A stretch of DNA of 64,000 nucleotides, from positions 51,075 to 115,074 of the forward strand of contig CAVROH010000017.1 in the NCBI GenBank assembly GCA_963722735.1. The letters are read 5' to 3'. The DNA is from an uncultured Chloroflexia bacterium (GTDB taxonomy: Bacteria; Chloroflexota; Anaerolineae; Anaerolineales; UBA11579). The stretch's first letter is position 1. Each line of letters opens with the position of its first letter. The translations under genes were made by a program, and so were the position numbers. The notes under the pieces were generated by a model. That model saw only the letters and a program-made list of their open reading frames with translations. It searched no databases and had not been told where the DNA came from. Positions 41,093 to 50,065 of the stretch are shown in pieces.

Positions 41093-41444
41093 AGGTTTTC
41101 CTGAGTTTAATCGTAGGTAGAAGGTAGTAGGTAGTAGGCAGGCAGCCGAATTCGGTTTCTCTGAGTGCCCAGGTGCCTGATCCCTGGTTTTGGTCCTCTT
41201 TTGTGTAAGGTTGATTTTGGAATTATTGTAACGGAAAATAAGGCTCATTTTGGAAACAGTCTGAGTTGACTGAGTTACCAGGATTTGGAATGGAGCCTCT
41301 AAATAATTGCTGCTCCGGTTGGCTTCACATCGAGGGGTCTGGGGAGGCGGCCCTCCCCAGACGGGGTGCAGGGGTCGGTAGATCCCTGCAAATACCATCT
41401 GAATCGTCTATCTCCTATCTACTTAGGCAAGAGCATCTTCTCTT

Positions 41445-41783
41445 TCACACGATCAGACTACCACCCACCCATCCCCACGCCCAATACACCGCCATCCCCC
41501 CGACGATCGTCAGCAGCAGATTCTTCGTCCGCAGCGAGATCAGCACCGCCGCCAGACTGGCCGCCAGCGCGCTGTTTGACATCGAAAGGAACAGGTCACC
41601 GCTGGGAGCCAGCACTTCCGGCACGATGATCGCCACCAGCACCGCCGGAGGTACATATTCCAACGCCAGCCTGAACTGCTCTGGCAGCCGGCGTTTCCTC
41701 AGCAGCGCCATGATCGGGTAGCGCGTGCCAAAGGTCACCAGCATCATACCCAGGATCAAGAGGAATTCATTCCGCGGGGTCAT
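41445..41783 (-). CDS. azlD: AzlD family branched-chain amino acid transport protein
   Basis: 112 aa with [17 protein letters not shown]..., [14 protein letters not shown] and a hydrophobic C-terminus. It overlaps the azlC stop. Confidence 0.8.
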   Translation of the reverse strand: MTPRNEFLLILGMMLVTFGTRYPIMALLRKRRLPEQFRLALEYVPPAVLVAIIVPEVLAPSGDLFLSMSNSALAASLAAVLISLRTKNLLLTIVGGMAVYWAWGWVGGSLIV

Positions 41784-42514
41784 GCGCTTCCTCCGGTTTT
41801 TCTTTCAGCAGGGAATAAAGCCCCATCCCCACACCCACGCCAACCAGCGCCGCGATCACCAGCCCCAGCTTATTGGGCAATCCTCTCAATAGAAATGCCG
41901 CCAGCCCGGATGCCACAGCCGCCCCCACCGCTGATTTCGATTTCAGCATCGGCATCGTCATCCCGATAAAGGTCACGATCATCGCAAAATCCAGTCCCCA
42001 TTTCAGCGGGTCCTCGATCCGCTGCCCGGCCAAAATCCCGATAAAGGTGCACACCTGCCAGTTGGAGTACATGAACACCGCCGACCCAAAGAAGAACCAG
42101 TGTTTATTCGGGGAATCGTCCTCCCGCTGGTAGCGCTGGATCGTAGCGACAAAGGATTCATCCGTCAGCCAGAAGCCCAGCGGCAGCAGCCATTTTTGCG
42201 GCAGGTCGCGCACATGCGGGGACATCGTGGCAGCATACAGCATGTGGCGCAGATTGACAATCAGGGTGGTGAAGATGATCAGCAGCACCCCGCTGCCCCC
42301 GGCAATCAGCGTGGCGGCGATGAACTGCGCCGACCCGGCAAATACGAACAGCGACATCGCCTGGGTGGCCCAGTTGGACAGCCCGGCAGTGGAAGCCGGC
42401 GCGCCGAAGATGATCCCAAACGGGATCGCCCCCACGATCAGGGGGAAGGTGGCTTTTGCCCCGGCGATGAAATTCTGCCTTACGGGTGTGGTCGGGATTT
42501 ATTTCGTTCATCAT
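41767..42514 (-). pseudogene. azlC: AzlC family ABC-type branched-chain amino acid exporter component; one frameshift at about 42470
   Basis: ORF 41767-42435 ([11 protein letters not shown]...[20 protein letters not shown]). The N-terminus [15 protein letters not shown] (ORF 42158-42514) joins ..[18 protein letters not shown] after a 1-nt shift. Confidence 0.75.
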
Positions 42515-42690
42515 CTCCTCAATATATTCCGCCGATTATAGTACAAAACAGAGGTCAGTTGTGAGTGGTCGGCTTTCAGAAAAGGTTTCATAATATCTGG
42601 GGAGAAGCTGCCTGTTTTGGCAGAGGAAAATAGATTTTCTGCCACACTTGATGATAAAATTCCTCCAGAGTGTGATTTCAGGAGGATACA

Positions 42691-43159
42691 TTGGATATCG
42701 CAATCATAAAAGCTGATTTATCTCACCTTGAACCGTGTATTGACATTATGCTAAATTCCAGACTTGGCGAGGAATATTTCCCCGATCGAGTGTATGCTGT
42801 CTCGTGGCTGAATGAGGGAATTGAGAAGGAAGAGATTTTTGTCGCCATAGATGAGAAGAAGAGTTGTTTGGGGTTCATCTATTACATCCTGAAGGGAGTT
42901 TTCAATTCGTTTCCCTGTCTGGAGCTGATCGCCGTCCGGGAGGATCTCCGCGGGCATGGGTGTGGGGAGTAAGCTGCCTCAATTCTTCGAGGATACCGTC
43001 TTCCCCGAATTCTCCCGTGTCTTCCTTGTGGTCGCTGATTTCAATGGAGACGCTCAACGCCTGTATGAACGGGTTGGCTACCGGCAGGTTGGGGAGATAC
43101 CTGGCTTATATCGGGACTGGATCACTGAACACCTGATGATGAAAGAAAGAGTGGAGTAA
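42691..43159 (+). pseudogene. GNAT family N-acetyltransferase; one frameshift at about 42960
   Basis: ORFs 42691-42972 and 42956-43159 join at LIAVREDLRGHG|VGSKLPQFFE..., the Q/RxxGxG/A acetyl-CoA motif. TTG start after AGGAGG. Confidence 0.7.
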
Positions 43160-43161
43160 TA

Positions 43162-43188
43162 AAAAAGAGACCTCTCAGGTCTCTTTTT
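43162..43188. terminator. bidirectional intrinsic terminator
   Basis: AAAAAGAGACC-tctca-GGTCTCTTTTT lies between the convergent GNAT and response-regulator genes. Confidence 0.7.
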
Positions 43189-43591
43189 AATGAATTTTGG
43201 TTAGAAGACTTCTCCCTCGCCGTCCAGCCAGCGTCGGATGCGGGTCTTTCAGCTCATTCGGGTGGATCGGTTTGGTGATGTATTCGTTGATCCCGGCGTC
43301 TCTGGCCTCGTCTTTCACCTCGGGCTGGTTGACCGCCGAGAACATAATGATCGGGATATCTTCCAACTCCGGGTCGCCTTTCATATCCCGGCAGACCATC
43401 ATCCCGTCGATCCCCGGCATCATCAGGTCGAGGATGATCAGGTTGGGGGCAAAGTTTTTAGAGGATTGGATCGCATTCCTGCTCAGGTTCTCCGACTGGA
43501 TGTTGTAGCCCTCACGGCGCAGCAACACCTCCAGCAATCGGGTGGTCGATGGGTCGTCATCAATGATCAGGATGTTCTCAGTATTTGCCAT
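43187..43591 (-). CDS. single-domain response regulator (CheY-like receiver)
   Basis: ILIIDDDPSTTRLL, LIILDLMMPGIDG (phospho-acceptor Asp) and ITKP. The tail probably has a 1-nt insertion at about 43265. The alternative reading ..NELKTRIRRWLDGEGEVF* would end at about 43205. Confidence 0.85.
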   Translation of the reverse strand: MANTENILIIDDDPSTTRLLEVLLRREGYNIQSENLSRNAIQSSKNFAPNLIILDLMMPGIDGMMVCRDMKGDPELEDIPIIMFSAVNQPEVKDEARDAGINEYITKPIHPNELKDPHPTLAGRRGRSLLTKIH

Positions 43592-43659
43592 TAGAACCTC
43601 GGATTGACATAGAATTCCAGTTTATTTTAGCAAATTTCGCGCCAGGAGACCAATAGTAC

Positions 43660-44770
43660 CTAACTCCCTATCACTAGGAATCCGGTTTCACCGACCTGGG
43701 ATCGCAAATACGCCTCGATGAAACCATCCAGGGCGCCGTCCAGCACGGATTGGGCGTTGCCGACCTCATAATTGGTGCGGTGGTCTTTGACCATCTGGTA
43801 GGGGTGCAGCACATAGGAGCGGATCTGGCTGCCCCATTCCGCTTTCTGATATTCGCCGCGCAGCTTGGCCCGTTCGGCTTCTTCTTCCTGCTGCCTGACC
43901 TCCAACAGGCGGCCTTTGAGCACTTTGAGGGCGTTTTCCTTGTTCTGCGTTTGGGAGCGCTCGTTCTGGCAGGAGGCTACGAGCCCGCTGGGGATATGGG
44001 TGATGCGCACGGCGGTATCGTTCTTCTGCACGTTCTGGCCGCCGGCGCCGCCTGCCCGGAAGGTCTCGATCTTCAGGTCGGCGGGGTCGAGCTCGATTTC
44101 GGTATCATCTTCTACCTGGGGCAGCACTTCCACCTGGGTAAAGGAGGTATGCCGCCGGTTATTGGAATCAAACGGGGAGAGGCGCACCAGCCTGTGAACG
44201 CCTTTCTCCGGGCGCAGATAGCCGTAAGCATACCGCCCGCTGACCGAAATGGTCACCGATTTGATCCCGGCTTCTTCCCCCTCAGTCATATCCAGTATCT
44301 CGGTCTCGTAGCCGTGCTGTTCTGCCCAGCGCAGGTACATGCGATGAAGCATCTCAGCCCAGTCCTGCGAGTCGGTCCCGCCGGCCCCGGCGTTGATCGT
44401 CAGCAAAGCGTCGCCCCGGTCGAATTTGCCGGAGAGCATCGTATTCAGCTCTTTCTGGTGCACCTGTTTTTCCAGTTTATTGGCTTCCGCTTCCAGCTCT
44501 GCCCGCATGGATTCGTCGCCCAATTCGGACAGCTCACGCGCGTCGCTCAAACGCTGGGTGAGCGTCTGCCAGCATTCGATCCGCCCGCGCAGGGCGGCGA
44601 TCTTCTTCATTAGTTTTGTTGCGGATTGGGGATCATCCCAGATAGCGGGATCCTCAGATTGTTTTTCCAGGTCTGCCAGTTCGGCCTTCATTCCCGGCAG
44701 GTCAAAGACGCACCAGGAGGGCCTGAATTTTCTCTTCGTATCCCGAGAGAAGTGCCACTAAATCTTGCAT
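43660..44770 (-). CDS. prfB: peptide chain release factor 2, with programmed +1 ribosomal frameshift
   Basis: ORF 43660-44691 contains the SPF tripeptide (RLSPFDS) and GGQ (GGAGGQNVQK). The upstream frame-0 ORF MQDLVALLSGYEEKIQALLVRL ends at CTT TGA C. A +1 slip continues with DLPGMKAELADLEKQSEDPAIWDD. Confidence 0.95.
44701..44707 (-). promoter_or_regulatory. prfB +1 frameshift site CUU UGA C
   Basis: The minus strand reads CTG GTG CGT CTT TGA C. The SD-like GGUG sits 3 nt before the CUU slippery codon, the same spacing as in E. coli prfB. Confidence 0.85.
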
Positions 44771-44784
44771 GAGTCTGTTCCTCT

Positions 44785-45706
44785 TTAATTGGTGAATCCT
44801 TCTAAAATACTGTCGATAAATGCATGCTGGTCAAATGGTTCCAGATCGTCCGGACCTTCACCCAGGCCGGCAAACAGGATTGGCAGCCCCAGGGTGTCCT
44901 GGATGGCGAAGGCCATCCCGCCGCGGGCGGATGAATCCAGCTTAGCTCAGGATCACGCCAGTTACGGAGACAGCCTCCTTGAAGGCTTTAGCCTGCTGGA
45001 GAGCATTCTGTCCGGTGGTGGCGTCCATCACCAGCCAGACGGCGTGGGGGGCGCCTTCCAGCGCTTTGCCACTGACCCGGTGGACCTTCTTTAGCTCTTC
45101 CATCAGATTATAGCGGGTATGCATCCGCCCGGCAGTATCCACCAGGATGACTTCTTCGCCTCGTGCTTCCGCTGACTTGATCGCATCATAGGCCACTGCG
45201 CCCGGATCGCCGCCCATCTGACCGGAGACTACCCGGATGCCGAGCCGTTCTCCCCAGGTTTGCAGTTGCTCAACTGCAGCAGCACGGTATGTATCGGCGG
45301 CAGCAAAGGCCACCGTGTAGCCGGCTTCCTTGTAGCGTTTGCCCAGCTTGGCAATGCTGGTCGTCTTGCCAGAGCCGTTCACGCCCACCACCAGGATCAC
45401 GGTCGGGCCGTCCGGATTGGTGTCCAGAGTGGGCGGCGGCAGGATCAATTCAGACAGGCTCGCAACCAGCCCGGCCTTAAGTTGATCGGTCCTGGTCCAG
45501 CCTTCTTCTTTGGCTTGCTCTTTGAGTTGGCCCAGCACCCTGACCACAGTATCGACTCCCAGGTCTGCCTGGATCAGCACGGCTTCCAGGTCTTCCCAGG
45601 TGTCATCTTCCAGATCACTGAGTCCCAGCACATTGGCAATCCGCCCGAAGGTGGCGTTCCTTGTCCGGGCCAGCCCGGATCTCCATTTGTCCAATTTGTC
45701 GTTCAC
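44785..45706 (-). pseudogene. ftsY: signal recognition particle receptor FtsY; one frameshift at about 44945 (probably an assembly error)
   Basis: ORF 44942-45706 has VGVNGSGKTTSIAKL and DTAGR. After ..VTGVIL the sequence CTGAGCTAAGCTGGAT needs one base removed to read (A)KLDSSARGGMAFAIQDTLGLPILFAGLGEGPDDLEPFDQHAFIDSILEGFTN*. Confidence 0.9.
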
Positions 45707-45804
45707 AGCTAAGAATTATACCTGAGGTTGGTTGGGGCAGTTGTTCGAGTTTTATCAGACACTCTTTGGTACAATTAGCGAAAATAAAAATCCCTGGAAT
45801 TGAT

Positions 45805-46485
45805 ATGATAAATGATCCAAGAATAAAATCCTGGTCCTTCAAAAAGACCCAGGACCCGGCCGTCCTCCTGGTCACCGCAGTGGTGATCCTGGTGGCGGTG
45901 GTGGCAGTCCGTAATGCCCAATGGCTGACACTGATGTTGTTCGCAGGCGTGCTGGTCCTCTGGGGGATCGTGCTGTATTTCTTCCGTGACCCAGACCGGG
46001 ATGTGCTCAACCTACCTGGGCTGGTCGTCGGTCCGGCGGACGGGGTGGTGGTCTCGATCCAGAAGCTGTATGATGATAAACACCTCCATGCGGATGTGGT
46101 CCGCATCAGTATGTTCCTTTCCGTATGGGATGTGCACATCCAGCGGGTTCCCCTGGCCGGGAAAGTGGGGCGAGTTGATTTCAAACCCGGCAAGTATTTG
46201 CGTGCGATCCTGCCGGACGCTTCCGAGGTCAACGAGTACATCGCCATGACTCTGGAGACAGATTACGGGAAAATCTGCGTCAAGCAAATCTCCGGGATCA
46301 TGGCTCGCAAATGTGTCAATTTCGCCCAGCCCGGCGATGTGCTGGAGACAGGGGTCCGCTATGGACTGATCAAGTTCGGCTCCCGTGTTGATCTTTTTCT
46401 GCCGCCAGATACCGAGATCCTAGTTAAGGTGGGCGATAAAGTTACCGGCGGGTTGACCCGCGTAGCACAGCTATCCAATGACTAA
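45805..46485 (+). CDS. psd: phosphatidylserine decarboxylase family proenzyme (short, archaetidylserine-decarboxylase-like type)
   Basis: ORF 45661-46485; start MINDPRIKS at 45805. FRDPDR, GPADGVV, SVWDVHIQRVP and the self-cleavage region LIKFGSRVDLFLP. Confidence 0.85.
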   Translation: MINDPRIKSWSFKKTQDPAVLLVTAVVILVAVVAVRNAQWLTLMLFAGVLVLWGIVLYFFRDPDRDVLNLPGLVVGPADGVVVSIQKLYDDKHLHADVVRISMFLSVWDVHIQRVPLAGKVGRVDFKPGKYLRAILPDASEVNEYIAMTLETDYGKICVKQISGIMARKCVNFAQPGDVLETGVRYGLIKFGSRVDLFLPPDTEILVKVGDKVTGGLTRVAQLSND

Positions 46486-47206
46486 TCACCTCAAACCCGC
46501 CAATCTCAAATACCTGGTCCCCAATGGGATCACCTTTCTCTCGCTGGCCGTCGGCTTGGGAGCAATCCTGGAAGCTGCCGAGGAGAACCTGGTGCTGGCC
46601 GGAGTGATGATCTTCATCAGTTTCTGGCTGGATATGGCGGATGGTTTTACTGCCCGCAGGCTGGACGCGTCGAGCGAGTTTGGCCTTCAACTGGACTCCC
46701 TGGTGGATATGATCTGCTTTGGCACCGCTCCGGCAGTTCTCGTCTTCCAACATCTGCGCCTTCAGGGGGGCAGCTTGGGATGGATCGTGCCTCTGGTGAT
46801 CTTCTATGCCATCTCTGGCGCATTCCGGCTGGCACGCTTCAACCTCCTGCCTCCTAAAACCACTTCCAGCAAGGATTCAGTGGGGATGGCGATCACTCAG
46901 GCTGGCGGGACCGTGGCAGTCGCTGTGCTGGCCGATTTGCTGCGTGTAGATGGATTTTTGCCGGTTTGGAGCTATATTCCCCTGATGTTGATTCTGTCGG
47001 TGATGATGGTCAGTACGCTCGGTTTCCCGCCGGTGACCTGGTTTGTGCGCAATCGTTGGATCGGTTTCGGCATTTTGATTGGGGTTTCGGTGTTGATCCT
47101 CTGGCTTTCTACCTTTGCCTCCCTTTTTATCCTCTTCTCGATCTATCCGTTGGTGGCTTTGATCCGTTCGATCTATCACCGGACGCGAAAGGCGCAGCCT
47201 GCATGA
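46478..47206 (+). CDS. pssA: CDP-diacylglycerol--serine O-phosphatidyltransferase
   Basis: CDP-alcohol phosphatidyltransferase motif WLDMADGFTARRLDASSEFGLQLDSLVDMICFG. It overlaps psd by 8 nt. Confidence 0.85.
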   Translation: MTNHLKPANLKYLVPNGITFLSLAVGLGAILEAAEENLVLAGVMIFISFWLDMADGFTARRLDASSEFGLQLDSLVDMICFGTAPAVLVFQHLRLQGGSLGWIVPLVIFYAISGAFRLARFNLLPPKTTSSKDSVGMAITQAGGTVAVAVLADLLRVDGFLPVWSYIPLMLILSVMMVSTLGFPPVTWFVRNRWIGFGILIGVSVLILWLSTFASLFILFSIYPLVALIRSIYHRTRKAQPA

Positions 47207-47889
47207 GTGAGAAGCAATCAACAGATACCATCAAAGACCATATCAGTGGGGGAGGGCTGCACAGTTTATCCCAAATGGTACTCAAGACTTGCAGTTTCCA
47301 GGTTCAGCACCTAGACCGTTTGCTGCGAACCATCTCCGGCGACCGCCCGGTGATCTACACCGGCTGGCATGGGATCACCATGATGGCAGTGCCACTTTTA
47401 CAGCAATACCATGGGGATCTGCGGGATTTTGTTGTGTTAATGCCGGATGACTGGCGCGGGACATCCCTGCGTATCTGGGCAGAGAAAATGGGCGCTACCC
47501 CGCATCCGATGAATCTGACCGGGGATTCTACTCTGGGGATGGCTAAACAAGTCCTTCGTCTTACAAGGAAAGTAGTGGGCGGTATGAGCCTTTACATCAA
47601 CCCGGACGGCCCCGACGGCCCTGCACATGTGATCAAGCCTGGCATCACCTTTATTGCCCGAAAGGCCAATGCCGTGATCCTGCCGATCGGCGCTTATGCC
47701 CGACATGCCTATATTGTGCCCCGCTGGGACCGATACGCCATTCCCTACCCGTTCAGCCGGATCGCCTACCATATTGGCGAACCGATCGAACAGCTCCCTG
47801 ATGATGAAGAAGCCGCTGCCAAAATGGTCACCGACAGGATCAATGCCGTTACCCTCCAGGCCGCGGCGGATTATTACGAGAAAGCATAA
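47203..47889 (+). CDS. DUF374 (lysophospholipid-acyltransferase-like) domain protein
   Basis: ATGA overlap with pssA. YTGWHGITMM, ...INPDGPDGPAHVIKPGITFIARKANAVILPIG matches the DUF374 WHG / DGPxGP blocks. Confidence 0.6.
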   Translation: MSEKQSTDTIKDHISGGGLHSLSQMVLKTCSFQVQHLDRLLRTISGDRPVIYTGWHGITMMAVPLLQQYHGDLRDFVVLMPDDWRGTSLRIWAEKMGATPHPMNLTGDSTLGMAKQVLRLTRKVVGGMSLYINPDGPDGPAHVIKPGITFIARKANAVILPIGAYARHAYIVPRWDRYAIPYPFSRIAYHIGEPIEQLPDDEEAAAKMVTDRINAVTLQAAADYYEKA

Positions 47890-47892
47890 TAG

Positions 47893-48744
47893 ATGGAAAA
47901 GCTCCGGTCCGCGGGTTGTGACTATCAGTTGATCCCCCAGGAGCCTTGCCTGATTGGATCCCCGGAGGATGACCCCTTCGCTGATTCAGATGAATTTCCC
48001 CAGCACACGGTTGAATTTCCTTATGTTTACTGGTGCGCCCGACTCCCGGTGACCAACCGCCAATTCCTCCAGTTCGCCACCGAGACAAAGTATCTCACCC
48101 TAGCAGAGAAACTCGGTTGGGCGTATGTCTTCGTCCCCGGCATGGATGAATGGCACAAGACCGAAGGCGCAGATTGGCGTCACCCTACCGGACCGGACTC
48201 GGGGATCGAAGAATTTCTCGATCACCCAGCCGTCTCGATCGGCTTCTTTGATGCTCTGACCTATATTGACTCGTTGAATCAGAAGCACGGTGCTGAACTG
48301 CCGGAAGGCTACCGCTTCTCCCTGCCAACCGAGGTGGAGTGGGAAAAAGCCGCCCGCGGCCCGGATGGGCGCCGCTTCCCCTGGGGAGATGAGTTCAATG
48401 ACCTCGGCTGCTGGTACGGTACCAGGGAGCAGGTCGGCACGATGCCAGTCGGGTACTTCTCGCCGCAGGGGGACAGCCCGTACGGATGCGCTGATATGGC
48501 CGGCAACAGCTGGGACTGGACCACCACTCTCTGGGGCCCGGATAAGTCCACCCGGCAGTTCAAGTACCCCTACCGGACGGATGACGGGCGCGAGGATCAA
48601 ATTGCAGGCAAGGATTTCTATCGCATCATCCGGGGAGGCTCGTTCAAGAACAATTCAGATGCTCTGCGCTGCGCCTGCCGGGATCTCGACCCGGTGGAAT
48701 ATGCCCTCAACAATCTCGGGTTCCGTGTTTTCATTACTCCCTGA
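47893..48744 (+). CDS. formylglycine-generating enzyme (FGE-sulfatase / SUMF1) family protein
   Basis: HPAVSIGFFDALTYIDSLN, LPTEVEWEKAARGPDGRRFPWGDE, GCADMAGNSWDWT and RIIRGGSF..CACRD..GFRV. Confidence 0.8.
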   Translation: MEKLRSAGCDYQLIPQEPCLIGSPEDDPFADSDEFPQHTVEFPYVYWCARLPVTNRQFLQFATETKYLTLAEKLGWAYVFVPGMDEWHKTEGADWRHPTGPDSGIEEFLDHPAVSIGFFDALTYIDSLNQKHGAELPEGYRFSLPTEVEWEKAARGPDGRRFPWGDEFNDLGCWYGTREQVGTMPVGYFSPQGDSPYGCADMAGNSWDWTTTLWGPDKSTRQFKYPYRTDDGREDQIAGKDFYRIIRGGSFKNNSDALRCACRDLDPVEYALNNLGFRVFITP

Positions 48745-48773
48745 GATAGTTCAGATATTCCCTGATTTGGATC

Positions 48774-49859
48774 TCAATCGCCCGAATAGATGCCCCAAAC
48801 CAGGCCTTCTAGTTGATTGATGCCTTTTTCAGAAATCAAAGAACCATATTCGGTTTTTCCCTGCAGGTGATAGCCAAAGAAAGCCGTCATCAGGTGTTTC
48901 ATCATATCAACTTGGTCATCGCTAAAGATCATCATATGTCCCTGGTCAATAAATGAAACCAACTCCTTTCTCTCGGAACCCAGGGTTTCATAGATATAGA
49001 CCGCTTCCAGATCATAATAATTAATTCCATCTTCTGTTGCACCGATGATCATGACCGGGATTTCAACAGCGGCCAATCCTCTTGAACCGAACAACCAGGC
49101 ACCCTCAGGGGCCATTGGTACCGCTGCTTTTATTCTTGGCGAGGTCATCGGTTGCCAGAGTCCATCATCGGTGTTTGTAATTCCAGTACCGGCTCTCTCG
49201 ACAAAGCTTTCCCACCCGCCTTGCATATTGCAGATGTAGTCGATCCACCATTGTTCCGGGCGCGGATCGATTGGTTGAGCCTGTGCACATTGGGCTTGAT
49301 AGTATTCCGGGTCAACTCGGGCACCGGCCAGGGCGAGAGCATCGTAGCCATCAAACGAGTACCCGGAAGCGCCAACTTGATCCTCATCATATATTCCCAC
49401 CAGCGGGTCTGGAGGTGAGGTGATGAATTCCTCAAGGGCAAAGGCCTGGTCGAGAGGATAATCTATTAGCCAGGTGCCCCATCTATCCTTCGAGTCCTGT
49501 CCATCAACTCCGATCACCACAAATCCATGAGTTGCCAGGTGGGATCCGAAATATCCCCCAACCTTGGCTGACATCAGGATAATAGGGTAGGGTGCCCCGG
49601 TTTTATCGGGTTCGGCATTGAAATTATACCGGCTGGGCTCTGCATCCTCGGGTACGATTGCCGGATACCAGATATAAGTGTTAACCATCCGGTCTCCGCG
49701 GCTTGGGTCCGTGAATTTGACGTTCATGATCGTCCCGAATTGAAATTCCCCTTCAGTTGCCAACCAAATTGGCTCATTGTTCTGACATCCAGCGGTCAAG
49801 ACGGTGATGAGCAGTAGTATATTGAATACTAGGACCTTAAAAAATTTGAAAGTGGTCAT
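48774..49859 (-). CDS. secreted alpha/beta hydrolase lipoprotein (PAF-acetylhydrolase/dienelactone-hydrolase-like)
   Basis: ORF 48774-49940; start MTTFKFFKVLVFNILLLITVLTAGC (lipobox) at 49859. PYPIILMSAKVGGY, elbow GASGYSFDGY and a late GHMMIF. Confidence 0.6.
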   Translation of the reverse strand: MTTFKFFKVLVFNILLLITVLTAGCQNNEPIWLATEGEFQFGTIMNVKFTDPSRGDRMVNTYIWYPAIVPEDAEPSRYNFNAEPDKTGAPYPIILMSAKVGGYFGSHLATHGFVVIGVDGQDSKDRWGTWLIDYPLDQAFALEEFITSPPDPLVGIYDEDQVGASGYSFDGYDALALAGARVDPEYYQAQCAQAQPIDPRPEQWWIDYICNMQGGWESFVERAGTGITNTDDGLWQPMTSPRIKAAVPMAPEGAWLFGSRGLAAVEIPVMIIGATEDGINYYDLEAVYIYETLGSERKELVSFIDQGHMMIFSDDQVDMMKHLMTAFFGYHLQGKTEYGSLISEKGINQLEGLVWGIYSGD

Positions 49860-50065
49860 GATTTTCTCCTCGTTTTCTAGACATTCCAACCCCAATAAAA
49901 AATTCCATTCACTGTGTGGAGATTCGTTGAAGAAAACCACGATGTAAAAATGATTATCGCGCTTATCATCTCAAAGTCAATCGAACATTATACTTTTAGG
50001 AATAAAGGGTTCTTGATGTACAATTAGAAGAATGAATTGGTTGATGAGACATTAGGAGATTACGA

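Noticed and set aside
43750-44613. 287-aa ORF antisense to prfB
   Set aside because: prfB is unambiguous (SPF, GGQ, programmed frameshift). The antisense ORF is a GC-rich shadow.
47893-48744. FGE-sulfatase/C-type-lectin-fold protein, considered as a diversity-generating-retroelement target
   Set aside because: There is no reverse transcriptase, no template repeat and no adenine-biased variable region at its 3' end anywhere in the window.
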